Positions 13,656 through 25,491 of a stretch of DNA of 64,000 nt are shown in pieces; position 1 is the first letter of the stretch; every line of letters begins with the position of its first letter. The DNA is from Oikopleura dioica. Its lineage: Eukaryota; Animalia; Chordata. The notes beneath the pieces are model-generated. The model was not told the origin of the DNA and made no database searches. It worked only from the letters and a program-made list of their open reading frames with translations. Location: the NCBI GenBank assembly GCA_907165135.1, contig OU015569.1, positions 1,984,001-2,048,000 of the forward strand. Reading direction: 5' to 3'. The translations under genes and the position numbers were made by a program.

Positions 13656-14187
13656 TAAAGTTTATTTGAAAGTTTTTGGAATTCCCTTTTTGGAGAATCT
13701 AGTTGAGGCTGCATTTGTTAGGATAACCTTGAACTCGTTTCCCTTTTTGCAGCCTCGAGTTTGGCGCCTAGTTCAGGCAACTTGAGCCGCTTTCGACATG
13801 GTCATCGGCCGCGGCTTCGCGAATGCTACAAAATAAAGAATTAGTTTTGCAAAGAACAAATGTGAAAGTCAGCTAAAACTGAAAATCTGACTAGAATTTA
13901 CCTGGAAAATGACATTTTGAGGACCCGGATAATCCGGATTTCCGAATGAATGCAAATCCTCAAAACGCCCAGTCAATAAGGGATGTTCTAGAGATGATGT
14001 GGAACTTTTTGCATAAGCACTCACTCAAAATCAACTTTCAAAGAAAAACTCTACCTAGAGACTCATATTCATCAAGTCCGCATCTTTCATTACTACTCGT
14101 TTCAGCTCTGATCCGATTCTCGCTAATCAGGAGATGTGATGAGCAGTTACGAGCATTTGACTCGTGCTCGCCACCTTGATCCGCCAT
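13656..14187 (-). pseudogene. Small lineage-specific gene, copy A (truncated or pseudogenised paralog of copy B)
   Basis: ATG at 14187 gives MADQGGEHES..ESL|EHPLL..QNVIFQ| via GT-AG introns. Exon 3 aligns with copy B (..QPQLDSPKREFQKLS) but has two in-frame stops (TGA, TAA). Confidence 0.45.
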
Positions 14188-14288
14188 TTTCTTCACAAAT
14201 AATTTTTGTTATTTGTAAATTGTTACCAATTTGTTTGTTCATTTATCGAGAGCACAGATTTCAAAGAAATATTTTTTTCTCTGCAGCG

Positions 14289-15453
14289 ATGAGTGATGAT
14301 TCCGAGGAAATGCCAGAAGAACTGTTGGAATTCGGAAGCAATCTACGAAACTTACTTCTTACCTACAGAAATGGAGTGCACGAGAACAAGCTTATTGCAG
14401 ACTTCCGAGATGTTACAGGCGAAGACGTGCCAGGTACCTTTGAGATATTTTGCGTTTCTCTATTTTTTTGTTTTGCAGAGATTCTCGGCAAGTTTGAATA
14501 CAAGGGGCTTGACGATCCGGAATTACTTGAAGATTTCGAGGAACTGATCCGTTTCGAAAATGGTATATTTCATGGTATTCCACTTGATATCCAAATGGCT
14601 CAAGTAGAGTAAGCACTCATTCTTGTTTCGACACCTGATAACGTTTTTGCAGCCTAATTCGAAAGACAAGAAACAGAAAACTCGACAAATTTGGACGGCG
14701 TCGAAGACGAAGACGAAAGCCACTCTTTGCCCGTCCACAGATCTCGAAATTCTTTGAGCAAAAAGATGGTGAAGCGGAGGTTACCTTGCCGAGCCGCAGG
14801 AAGTGCTCACCTCCCGCTGAAAAAAGGGAAACTAGCTGCTACATCTTCTCGATGGAGACAATCTACGACGGAAGCTCGTCGAATGGCGTAAAACTCATCC
14901 AGCTCAAGAAAGACAACAAAGACTTCATCAACCTGTGGGTCATTGGAGGAGAGGAGAATCTCTTTTTCAGCAAAGAGTCCTTGCCAAAAGTTGTTGTAAG
15001 TTTAATCGCTTGATTGCTCTTTTCTGAACTTTTCAGGCGAAAGAGGAGGACGTGGACTTTCTCAACTGCCAAATCGAGCGATGGGCCGCTAATCGTCTAC
15101 TGCCAATCGTCAAGTCGCCGCCAGTCATTCCAAAGCCAGTCTACAGGAGCGAAATCAATCTGATGAAACTCGAGAAGTTCTGCGACCTCTTACTCGACGA
15201 GACTTTCGATTCCAGCGCTGGCACTCCTCTCATTAGGCGCGGTGTCCACAACTAATGAAACACTAAACAAAATATTCCTTCCCGGATAAAGAAATAGTGG
15301 GAAGCCAAAAATAAAGAATCCACAGGTTCGTCCGTTACAAACTTCTCTGCGAAAAACGACAGAAAGAAGCACAAAGAAGAAAGAAAGAACAACAAAGAAA
15401 GCAAAGACGAAGGCGTTGCTAACTTCTCAATCATGACTTCGCGAGGCTCTTGA
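14289..15453 (+). CDS. LOTUS (OST-HTH) domain protein, extended-LOTUS type, no Tudor domain seen
   Basis: N-terminal FGSNLRNLLLTYRNGVHENKLIADFRDVTGEDVP..LLEDF..FHGIPLDIQMAQVDLIRKTRNRK fits the LOTUS pattern plus the C-terminal extension helix. Four GT-AG introns. AG acceptor immediately upstream of the ATG. Confidence 0.7.
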
Positions 15454-15673
15454 ACAAGAAGAAATCTACACTACAGTATTAACGCTATCTTTGATTAGCC
15501 ACCCTCAACATTTTCCCAAGTTTCTAAACCAACTCTGAGCTGAGAACTTCCCCAAAACTACACTAATCGACCGGTAATCTTTCTTGATTTCTTCCTGCAA
15601 TAAACGAAAAAAAAACACGCAAATCCTGATTTTACCCTATTCAGAGTAAAATCTACTGGAGTATTTTGAGTAT

Positions 15674-16100
15674 TAAAGTTTATTTGAATGAAAGTTTTTG
15701 GAATTCCCTCTTCGGACAATCTAGTTGAGGCTGCCTTTGACAGGTCCTGGGTAACTTTGAACTCGTTTCGGCAGCGTGGTTGTATTTCAGCTCTGCCTGA
15801 TTTAGGCATTTGAGCAGCTTTCGATATCGTCGGCGGCGGCAGAACATTAAATTCTTAAAATTTAACAGTCAGTTTGAAATAATAAAAGTGCTGAAAGGCT
15901 TACCTGAAAATTGTCATCTTGCGGACCCGGAAAATCCAGAATTCCGAATGACTGAAAATGCTTCAAAATAGGCAGTCAACAAGAGCGATTCTAGAGATCA
16001 TCGCAAATTTCCAAGAACAAGTCAAAACCATCAACCACCAGCGCCCTCGAGTATTTACGCAATTCAAAAAGTATTAAAACTGCTATCTGGAAAAATCTGG
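15674..16100 (-). pseudogene. Small lineage-specific gene, copy B (paralog of 13656-14187)
   Basis: Shares exact blocks with copy A (GAAAGTTTTTGGAATTCCCT, AATCTAGTTGAGGCTGC, TGAACTCGTTTC) and the same minus-strand CAG|GTAA donor. Last exon is open (NLMFCRRRRY..QPQLDCPKREFQKLSFK*). Exon 2 has a 1-nt indel relative to copy A. 5' end unknown. Confidence 0.45.
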
Positions 16101-16832
16101 AAATCCTCGCCAATATTGACGACTCAAAACTATTTCGAGAATTGGATTTTTCGCGAAAATGGCGCCGCGTATGGATTCATTTGTAGCTTCAAGAGCCATT
16201 ATGGAACTACATAATTTCAATTCTTCTTCAAATTTCGAAAACGACGTCATTTTATCCGACTTTGTTGACCTTGTTATCCTCAGTCCGGAAGAAGAATCGA
16301 AGCTGGAGATGGTGACCCTGCCAATGGTACGTATTGCAAAGTAGAGAAATGGGGTTCTAATCTGGTGATTTTTGACTCGTCGCGATGATGAATTCTAGAT
16401 TAATAACAGCAGGAAACGCATCGCCAATAACAAGCACGTACTGCCGGCTAAAATACTTTTTCGAGCGGGGGTGTACCGAAAATAGGAAAAAAATTGTTCA
16501 AAAAAATCAGTCGGTCAGACATGGGGCGATTTGGGCGCGGAAGAAACAGATTTTTGGACGCCACTTTTCCATTTCGAATCAGAGACGAAACGAGATTTTG
16601 ACTTTTTTTCTACTCCGCCGAGATTTTAGTTTGTAGCGCTTATTTTAACTCTTATTCTTGGCATAATTATTAGATATTATTTATCCTCAGTAGATTCTCC
16701 TTGTGTCTTGTGGTGTGACTGTAGGATAGATTATACAATTCGAGTAATTTATTCTTTACCTCTATTATTTCCGCTTCGCCCTCGACTTCTAGCGGATGAT
16801 ATTCTATAATTGAGTGTTTTCAGTTGGTGACA

Positions 16833-18497
16833 ATGTCGAAGCGCTCGGCGGAATCCAGCCAGAAGCCCAGCATCTTGGAGGTGCTGAAGATTGAACGGGT
16901 GCCACCTCGACACCGGATGAGCGACGATGATCCGCTCCTGCCACAAGTCGGCTCACCGGAAATTTCTCCTCTTCCAGCTCCAACCCAACAGGAATGGTAT
17001 AAATACTTTTAGTCTCTTCCTTGATTTCAAAGGCAATTTCGTACCTCCGAAAAAAGAGCGAAGCGGACGACACTGGCATCGAAGAAATTAACTCGGATGA
17101 CAGTGACTGCCCTACCAAACGATTCAAGGTACCGTTTGATTTTCATTTTCCTTGCTTAATTCTTTCAAGGGCGACGACTCGACTGGAAACTCGAACTTGG
17201 CTGAGCTGAACACTGTCTACCCGGACTATCTCGCTGCTTACGACTCGCCAACCCCTGGCCAGGCCTTCCCAGCTACTCCGCAAGAGAGACCTGTCCCGCC
17301 GATCTCCATCTTTCAGAGCAACACGCCTAAAACGCACACCACCCCCAATCCGACGACCGACTACTTTCCGGAGATCAAGATTGAAAAGGTAATTCCAACT
17401 TCTAAAAAAGCTAAAACTGACAGCGAAAGATTCAGACTTCGGAAGACGGTTCAATCAATGGAACTCCATCCCGAGCTTTGAACGACTCTGGCTACTTCGA
17501 GTCGAAATTCGAAGTTCCAAAAACTTCGATCCAGACACCACCTCGCTATCCAATGTACCGGAACGAGGCGATCGGGTCTTTCTCCGGCCACCACGCTGTT
17601 CACCCGTACGGTGTCAACTTTCCCCACCCGCCAAATGGTCAAGAGACAAATCAACCATTCCAACAATCGGTATCTTTGAAAACCTCAAGAGCTAACTTTT
17701 AACTTGTTGAAATTGCAGCAGTTCGGAATGATGCCCTTTGGCTACGGAGGCATGTCTCCAGCAATGGTACAGGAACACCATCATCGAATTATGCAACACA
17801 TGATGATGATCCGACAGCAGCAGCAGCAGTACTACGAGGAGAACCGTGTTCAGTACTTCAACGGGCACCAGATCTCGCCGACGAAGATCAAGGTAAAAAA
17901 TTATCAAATTCTCTTTTTCACTGACACACGTACGTAGATTACGAACACGACTGAGCGAGTGACGAGCCCTGGGCCTGTTCCAGCCGACTTCGATCCGGAG
18001 ATCCACGGCTCCACCTCGCACCCAATTCTCGTCAAGATCTCCAAGTACTCTCTGACGAGCACTTCAACGGGGATAAACTTTTATTTCCGAATCTTCGGCC
18101 GTGTTTTCAAAGCACGCAGGTACGATTCTGACATTCTCACTCACGCCTTTCAACTGATTTTTAGAGATTCCTTCAGCAAGGACAAGACGATGATGTACCT
18201 TCGCTGCAATACCTGCCCGAAAGAACCTTGCAAGTGGCGGGCGAAGATCAGGCTCCTCAATCCTGAGATCAAGATTGAGGACGAGAAGGAATGTTCAGAA
18301 GAAGAAAACTAATAAAATAATTTCAATAAGAATTCTTGTTTTGAACAGACAAAGTTCCAAGATATTGAGAACTATCAAGTGCTGTCGAACACGAAGGCCC
18401 ACCACCACCACCCAGCCTGCAGAGAGCTCTCCCTCACCGACAGCGATATGGTTGGAAACACGGACAATCGTCTATCGCCGACCCTAGCGCTACCTGA
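16833..18497 (+). CDS. Putative transcription factor: P/S/Q-rich disordered N-terminus plus C-terminal FLYWCH/WRKY-GCM1-like zinc finger
   Basis: Spliced C-terminus FYFRIFGRVFKARR|DSFSKDKTMMYLRCNTCPKEPCKWRAKIRLL..|..KAHHHHPAC gives the F..YxRC..C..HxH pattern. Poly-Gln at 17815-17830. Confidence 0.55.
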
Positions 18498-19932
18498 CGC
18501 ATCTCCCAGCGCGCCCCAGCTAACGATGACGACCATGGCGACTCCTTAGCTGCCTTGGTCATGACGAGTATCCTCCCTCCGATAAGTTCTCATTTTTATC
18601 ACTGCTCGACACGTCTTAGTTTCACTGCCTTTTTAGAATACTAGACCTGCCTCCTTCACTTTGACTCGAATTAAAGATGAAGGAATCACATCTATTTAAT
18701 AAACTTTAATTAAATCTAAATTTGTAAGCGTTTGTTTTTTATGCAAAAAAGTGAAGGTTAAGCTTAAAAACTAATTACAAAAATTTTTGTCAAAAAAAGA
18801 ATATTCGAAACAGTTGTTTCTAGAACAGCATTGTTTTTCTTTGAATTTCTGCGCCAAGAGAGTTCCAAAATGCCCCTTTTTTATGCTTCTGGCCCAAATT
18901 AAATGATCTAACCAGACCAAAAACGCTCTCTAATTAAATTTCTTCGACAAAAAGACCTTCTCTACCAAACTCTAAACATTCCTATCCACTCATTTCCTCT
19001 AATCTCTGGTAGACGCTCTAGAAACTCAAGACTACCAAACTAAACCGCAATACGCCACAAAGAAAGGAACATGAACATTTTTGGATCAAGAGGTACATAG
19101 TCTGTAAACTATGTGCCTCTTGAAAGAAGATTTTCAGGAAAAAAAGTTTATTGGTTCGTTCATTGTCATGAAGAAAGTTGACTGGGTTTTCGGGTAATAA
19201 TATCGTGCGCCGACCTTTTCAGGTCATCCTTTAATTCTGAAGGTGCTTTAGGATTGAATTCGTTTGAGTCACACCTTCTAAAAAGATTCATTTAGAAAAG
19301 AAAATCCACGATTAAAGAAACTTACCAGAATTTTGGATTCTTTTTTCGTCTCTTGACGGTGACCCGACTATCTGAACAAAGAAAGGTTGAGAAATGCCAA
19401 AAGGTCTATCATAAATGAAAATTAAAAAAAAAATTACACAACGAACATACCTGATAGTCTGACTGCTTCGGACTCGTCTATTCGGAAAATTGGATTTTCA
19501 CGAATGAGGCCAAAATTGAAAATAGGCTTGAGGAGCGCGCGTGTTCTAGAAACTTTTGCTCAAAAATGAAAACAACAACAACACCGAGCGGCATCACTAG
19601 AATCGTGAAAGTTGCAGTTTTTGAAGCTTTCACTTCATTTTATAAGTTTGCAAACTGCACTGTATCACATTCTAATGCAGTAAACGTACTGTAAAAAGGC
19701 TACGGAAGTACTTGACTTTCTTCAAAGATTGTAGACTCCATTCGAAGATTTTATTTCACGAGCACAATGAAAAAAAACGAACGTTTCAAATATTTGATGG
19801 AGCGAGCAACTCTTGCCGGGGACTCGAAGTCCCGTAAAGAGATACAAAGATGGGGCAGCGAAAGTTAAAGTTTCTCAAAAATGCAATAATCGTCTTTTAA
19901 TTGTTTCACTTTTCTTTCATTTCTTAGAGATC

Positions 19933-22732
19933 ATGGCGCTCGATAGGGAGCAGGAAGGTGTCGAAACTGGCCTGCATGAAAAACTATTTTGCTAAAGGCT
20001 GACTTTTTAAAGAACATAGACCAGTTTCGACGCCTTCCCATGGGAGCTTTTTATAGATGAGTCTTCTAAGAATGACGGGAGAAACTTCACAAAGAAATAC
20101 TTTCTCGTTGGATTAGCTGCACTAATAGTAGGTATTGGAGGTGGCATTGGTATTGGCTGGGCGATAAGAGGCGATTCTAGCGAGGTTGAACCTGAATTTC
20201 AAGGTCCTGAAACCCTTGATTTTGACCCCTTCGAGTTCATCGATGCTAATACTGACAACAACACAATTGGAGGTTAGATCTACCTCGACGAGCGAAATTC
20301 CTAATTTTAAGGATATCTCCGTGCTCTTGCTGCAAAACCTCATATTGGCGGATCATTAGAGGATGAAATCACTACAAAGAACATCGTCAGAACTGCGATG
20401 GAAGAAGCAGGCTTGACAATAAAAGAAACAACTTACAATGTTTTGCTCTCTTATCCAAAACGAGAAGATGGCCAGCGAAACTACGTTGCGCTGAAAGATA
20501 GTTCAGATAACATAATTGAAAGCTCGAAGTCCGCAGAGGTCGAAGAAATTCTTGATGATACTCAGGACGACCCATTAGTCTACAATCCGTTCATCGCTTA
20601 CGCCAAGGCTACTCCAGCTGAAGGCCTGACTGCAGATCTCGTTTACGTAAATTACGCTCGCAAAGAAGACTTCATCCGCCTTGAAGAAGATCTCAAGATC
20701 GATCCCACTGGGAAGATCTGCATTTGCCGATATGGAAAGATTTTCAGAGGGAATAAAGCGCGAGAAGCAGAAATATACGGTTGCGCTGGATTAATTATTT
20801 TCTCCGACTCCGCGGACTATGCGCCTGAATGGGTAAAGATGTGACAGTATTCATTCACGTATATTTGTATTAATTATCTCAGGCTGAAGTTATTCTTATG
20901 GAAAATTATAGACCGAGCCTTATCCAGAATCATGGTGGTTACCGGGCACGGGCGCACAGAGAGGCACCACATATCTTGATAATGGCGATCCAGAGACACC
21001 GTTTTATCCATCTATTGGTGGTGCTTATCGATGGGATAGGTTCGGATAACTACAACAAAATATTTACTTATTGTTGTTTCCAGAGAAAAAGTCGAAAAAT
21101 ATGGGGCGAAGTACGACTTACCCGGCCTTCCAAATATACCAATTACTCCAATTGGTTACAATGATGCTGAAAAACTACTTGTTGCGATCGGTGGCGATAA
21201 AGCTCCTGAAGACTGGCAAGGAGGGATCAAGGACGAAAACGGCAATGTGATTGATTACAACTTGGGCCCAACAATGAAAGATGGACAGGTAATGCCGAGA
21301 GCTGCTTCAATGTCTTATGAAACTTCTTTTTATCAGAAAGGATTTATGTTCGTCAGAACAACAGAAGAAAGACGTGATACAACCAATGTGTTGGGGTATT
21401 TTGAGGTAATTTATGAATAGTTGATCAATGAAACAACTGTGATAGGGTACTGTTGAGCCTGATCGATATGTAATTCTTGGTAACCATCGAGACGCGTGGG
21501 TATTCGGAGCGATTGACCCGAGTTCGGGCACATGCACAATGCTTGAAATTGTTCGCGTTTTTGGCGAGATGTATCGAAAAGGGTGGCGCCCCAGACGCAC
21601 GATCATGTTCGCCTCTTGGGGATCGGAGGAGTACGGACTCATCGGCTCACAAGAATTCGTAGAGGAGCATCTCACCCAACTTACAGCATCTGCAGTTGCG
21701 TATGTTAATATCGACGTGGCCGTTGGTGGAAATTACTCACTAAGTACTCGGGGAACACCTAATTTCGAAGACTTGATGTTTGAAACCGCAAAGACTGTCG
21801 ATAACCCGCGAAAAGTAGAAGACGATGGCGCCGCCTCTCTCTATGACAATATGATGCTCAGAAATGCGAAGGACGAAAACGGAAAACTCGTGTTTGGAGG
21901 TGTGGGCTCTGGCTCCGACTACGCTCCATTCTTGCAGCAAGTTGGAGTTTCTGTCTGCGACATTAGCTGGCGATGCGACCCGCATTACAGCTATCCAGTC
22001 TACCACTCTGTCTACGAGACAGTCCCCCTCGTGGAGAAGTTCGTAGATCCTGGCTATAAAATTCACCAGCAGGTCGCCAAATTTACAGCAAAAATGATGG
22101 CTCAGCTATCACAAGATGCAAAGATTCCGCTAAAAGTTGTGCAGTACGCTGCTAGAGTCTCTAAAGAAGTTAACAGCTTGGAAACTGCGCTCAACAATTA
22201 TCCAAGCAATGGTGTGGATCTTACGTTTTTGAAGCAATATGCTAACAAATTCACAAAAGGTAATAGTTTCTATGTAATCGTCTAGAAATATAAAATGTGA
22301 TTAAAGCTGCTGCTGATTTTCAAGCTAAATTCGAGGATGCTACTGATGCTCAGGAGATCAAACGATTGAACGATCAAGTCATGAGAGTCGAGCGTAGCTT
22401 CATAGATCCAAATGGTCTTCCAGAGAGACTTCAATACAGACACGTCGGTAAGTGCCTAGCCCATGTATTTGTGTCCTGTGTAAAATTTGTTTCTAGTATT
22501 TGCTCCAAGCAGTAAAAACTCATACGCAAGTGCAGCGTTTCCGGCAGTTTACGACGCGCTCTTTGAAATTGAAAAATTGACAGGTTATTATTCTTATTCC
22601 GAAATTTTGCTTACAATAATTCGAAAAGGCGAGGAAGAAGTAACCGCTTGGGAAATGGTGAAGGAGCAGGTGTCAACTCTTTCATTCTTCATTTACAACG
22701 CGGCGGAAGCTCTTAAATTATCAGTCATTTAA
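19933..22732 (+). CDS. NAALAD2: Glutamate carboxypeptidase II / NAALADase (M28B peptidase; FOLH1/NAALAD2 family), type II membrane protein
   Basis: Signal anchor YFLVGLAALIVGIGGGIG. PA domain LVYVNYARKEDF..RYGKIFRGNK. Catalytic motifs GNHRDAW..GAIDPSSG, FASWGSEEYGLIGS, SGSDY, YHSVYET. TfR-like dimer domain RLNDQVMRVERSFIDPNGLP. Exact vertebrate ortholog uncertain. Confidence 0.92.
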
Positions 22733-25491
22733 ATTTCCCTTCCGTATATATTCTCTAATAAACCAAAATTATGCTCCATTGTCTTTTAAAATATCGCGCT
22801 GATGTCCAAAAGTCTTGCGTATTTACTTATCGCAAATCGCATTTCACATTTCGTTGACTTCATCTTCTCTCTTTTTCTTTTGGAATTCTCGTTATGGACC
22901 AACTTATATCCATCGAGGTATTAAACTTCCTTGTTTTTTTTCCCTTTCCAGAGTTTTTAAGGACCCTTTGGAACAAAATGAGAAGTCGGAAGAGAAAGCC
23001 AACCGGAATGAACAAGAACCAAATGATTCTATTATAATGACTTCGGTTGTTAATTTATCATTTTCCAAGTAACAAATGGTTAATTTTTTCTGGTTTTCTG
23101 GGCCATAAACATTATCACCGGGGAATATTTAACCTCATAAATAACAACCGATTACTGCCAAAAAATTCACCTGAATCAGCTAAAAAGACTGTTAGGTTTG
23201 ATTTGGAGAAAAAGATGCCTGACGAGGTACTTAAATTTCTCACCATGAGATCACCATTTTTTTCGCCGAGGTGGATCCAAAAGAAGATGTGAAAAATGTC
23301 GATGCAGTCTTTGGCGACTCGTCGAAAACAGGGTTCTTTGCAAAAGGAAGAGAGCTAGAATCGGTGAACACGAATCACTTTTACACTGAACTGGAAAGGA
23401 ATGGTTCGCTAATTTTGATTTAAAATGTTCGAATAGAGTCAACAAGTTTCGCGCTAATCAATTAATTTTCTGATAGAGTCATTTCCAATTAGGAAAAGTG
23501 ACTGTAGAAAGTAACGTCTCACAATGTATTTTTATCGGATATCAATAGCGCCAATAATAAATCAGCGTTTGGAGCGCCTTGGGCCCCCCTTGGGTGTTAA
23601 ACAGCTGATCAGTACAGCAGAAGTATTTTGTACAGTCGGAATTTTTCTATCCCGAGAAATTATCCGCTCGCTGTCCCCGACTGAGAGACAGAACGAGAGA
23701 AAGAAACTATCTTTGCTGCTTTTGAGAGCGGAAGGTTCTGATCTTGGCGAACCATGATGTCAGACAAAAAATGGCATCATTTGAGAGCCAAGATCAGGAA
23801 GAGTTTGAAATCATTGTCATTTATTCATTAACTTGAATTGATCAAATTTGAAACTCGAATACAGGGCTTTGAGAACGAAAATAAAAAATCACTTTATAAA
23901 CCCGGGCGAGTATCTGAGCCAGAACGTAGAGTATCTCCCGCCATGGAGCCAGTCGTACCGCGAGTGGCTGGTCCAGCAACCGAAACGACTCGACTGGGAC
24001 AGATGGTAATTACGGTAATCATATGTAGATTATTAATAAGTAGCTAGCTCTGAATCTTATGTATATTTTCTGAAAGGTGTCTGGGTCGGGGCCACCCTCT
24101 GAATACACATTTTTGCTGATGATTTACTTTATTCTTTTCTCGATTTCACTTAACACTTCATTTATATGCGTCAAGGCGTCAAGTGCGCTCTATTTATGGG
24201 GTCTTTCGAGGTTGAAATTTTCTGAAATAAAAACATCTCTCGATTGCGTTTTTCCTCTGAATCGAGTCTGAACTTGGCTCATTGTGAGATGATCTCGAAA
24301 CGGGCCTTGAGTGTCTGTCGGAGAGTCTCCTCTGCATTGGCACTTTGTGAAGTCTAGCATTCACTTTGTAAAGCGGAAGAGCGAACTTTCACGAAAGCGG
24401 GTAGCAAAGATGCGCTACTGTGCTAAAAGTCACGCTATTGTTCTTTGCATATTTAGTAAATTCACAGGAGTCAGAAGGCGCTCAGTGGCTGTGCGGGGGC
24501 CTTTGCACCCTCAGATTAGGCCTTCCTCGCACAGAGAGATATACACGCGCGATAATAGAGCATCACCTGCTGCGCTGCCAAACTTACGTTTACGCCTTTT
24601 TCAACACCAATCCTACTACGAGAGCGTTTTTTTTTCCGAAGCAAGACCTGGCGACAGGCACCAAGGAACCGAGCCCACATCAAATATCGGAGATTCGTTT
24701 ACGTATCCTTATTCAGATATCGTATTATTGATACGTCGCATAATGAATTATTTAGGCACGGCCGAATCTTTTTAGCCCCTCGCTTTTTACTCATGAAACT
24801 TTACAACTAAGGACTTTTTCGAATTTACTTTTTCATGTGATTGGGTATGGCTTGTTACATTCACGAGAGTCACTTTACAATTAAGCCAACTTTACCGAAA
24901 TTTATTAAGAAAAACAAATGTTTAAATTTTTTCTAATAACTTATTTGAATTATCCACTTTTTTGCGTTATTTTTGAGCGTAACATTGTGCAAGAAAGAGT
25001 ACTGTAAGTTTGGTGCGCGTTGGCGCCTCCCTATTTCTACGAAGGATAGAGCAAGAAACAACTATTGAGTTGGTATTGAATTTTGAATGAAACATTTTGG
25101 GGCGCTTTTTCAATTTATGGGAACATATCGATCCTATAACTTAGTAATGCATTGATACTTCTTTTTCTATACCGGAGAGAAAGTCTCTTACTTTTTGCCG
25201 AGCTCGATGAATGTCGACCTGAGAAATAGAAATGAAGAGTCGAGAAAATGCGCACCACTGTCAAACTAATTTGCGTCCATGGGTAACTTCCGCCTTCTAG
25301 CACCGTATTTTATTGCGCACAAAAATGCACAGAAAAGCTTTCTGATTCGATTAAGCCTTTAGGTTAATTAGCTTCAGAAGCTCCAGAAGTTTACATGTGG
25401 TGCATGAATTTTTAAACATAATCATCACGTCTAGTGACCAAAGCTAATGTAACATATGAGAGATGTTGACTCGGAGTATTGAGGGGGATGA

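Noticed and set aside
18550-19550. Minus-strand splice-like signals near 19140-19460
   Set aside because: The joined frames hit stops quickly, so no supportable CDS.
22800-25450. Possible small genes or CLC 5' exons (MEPVVPRV.. at 23942; hydrophobic pieces on both strands)
   Set aside because: No consistent exon chain or recognisable family could be built.
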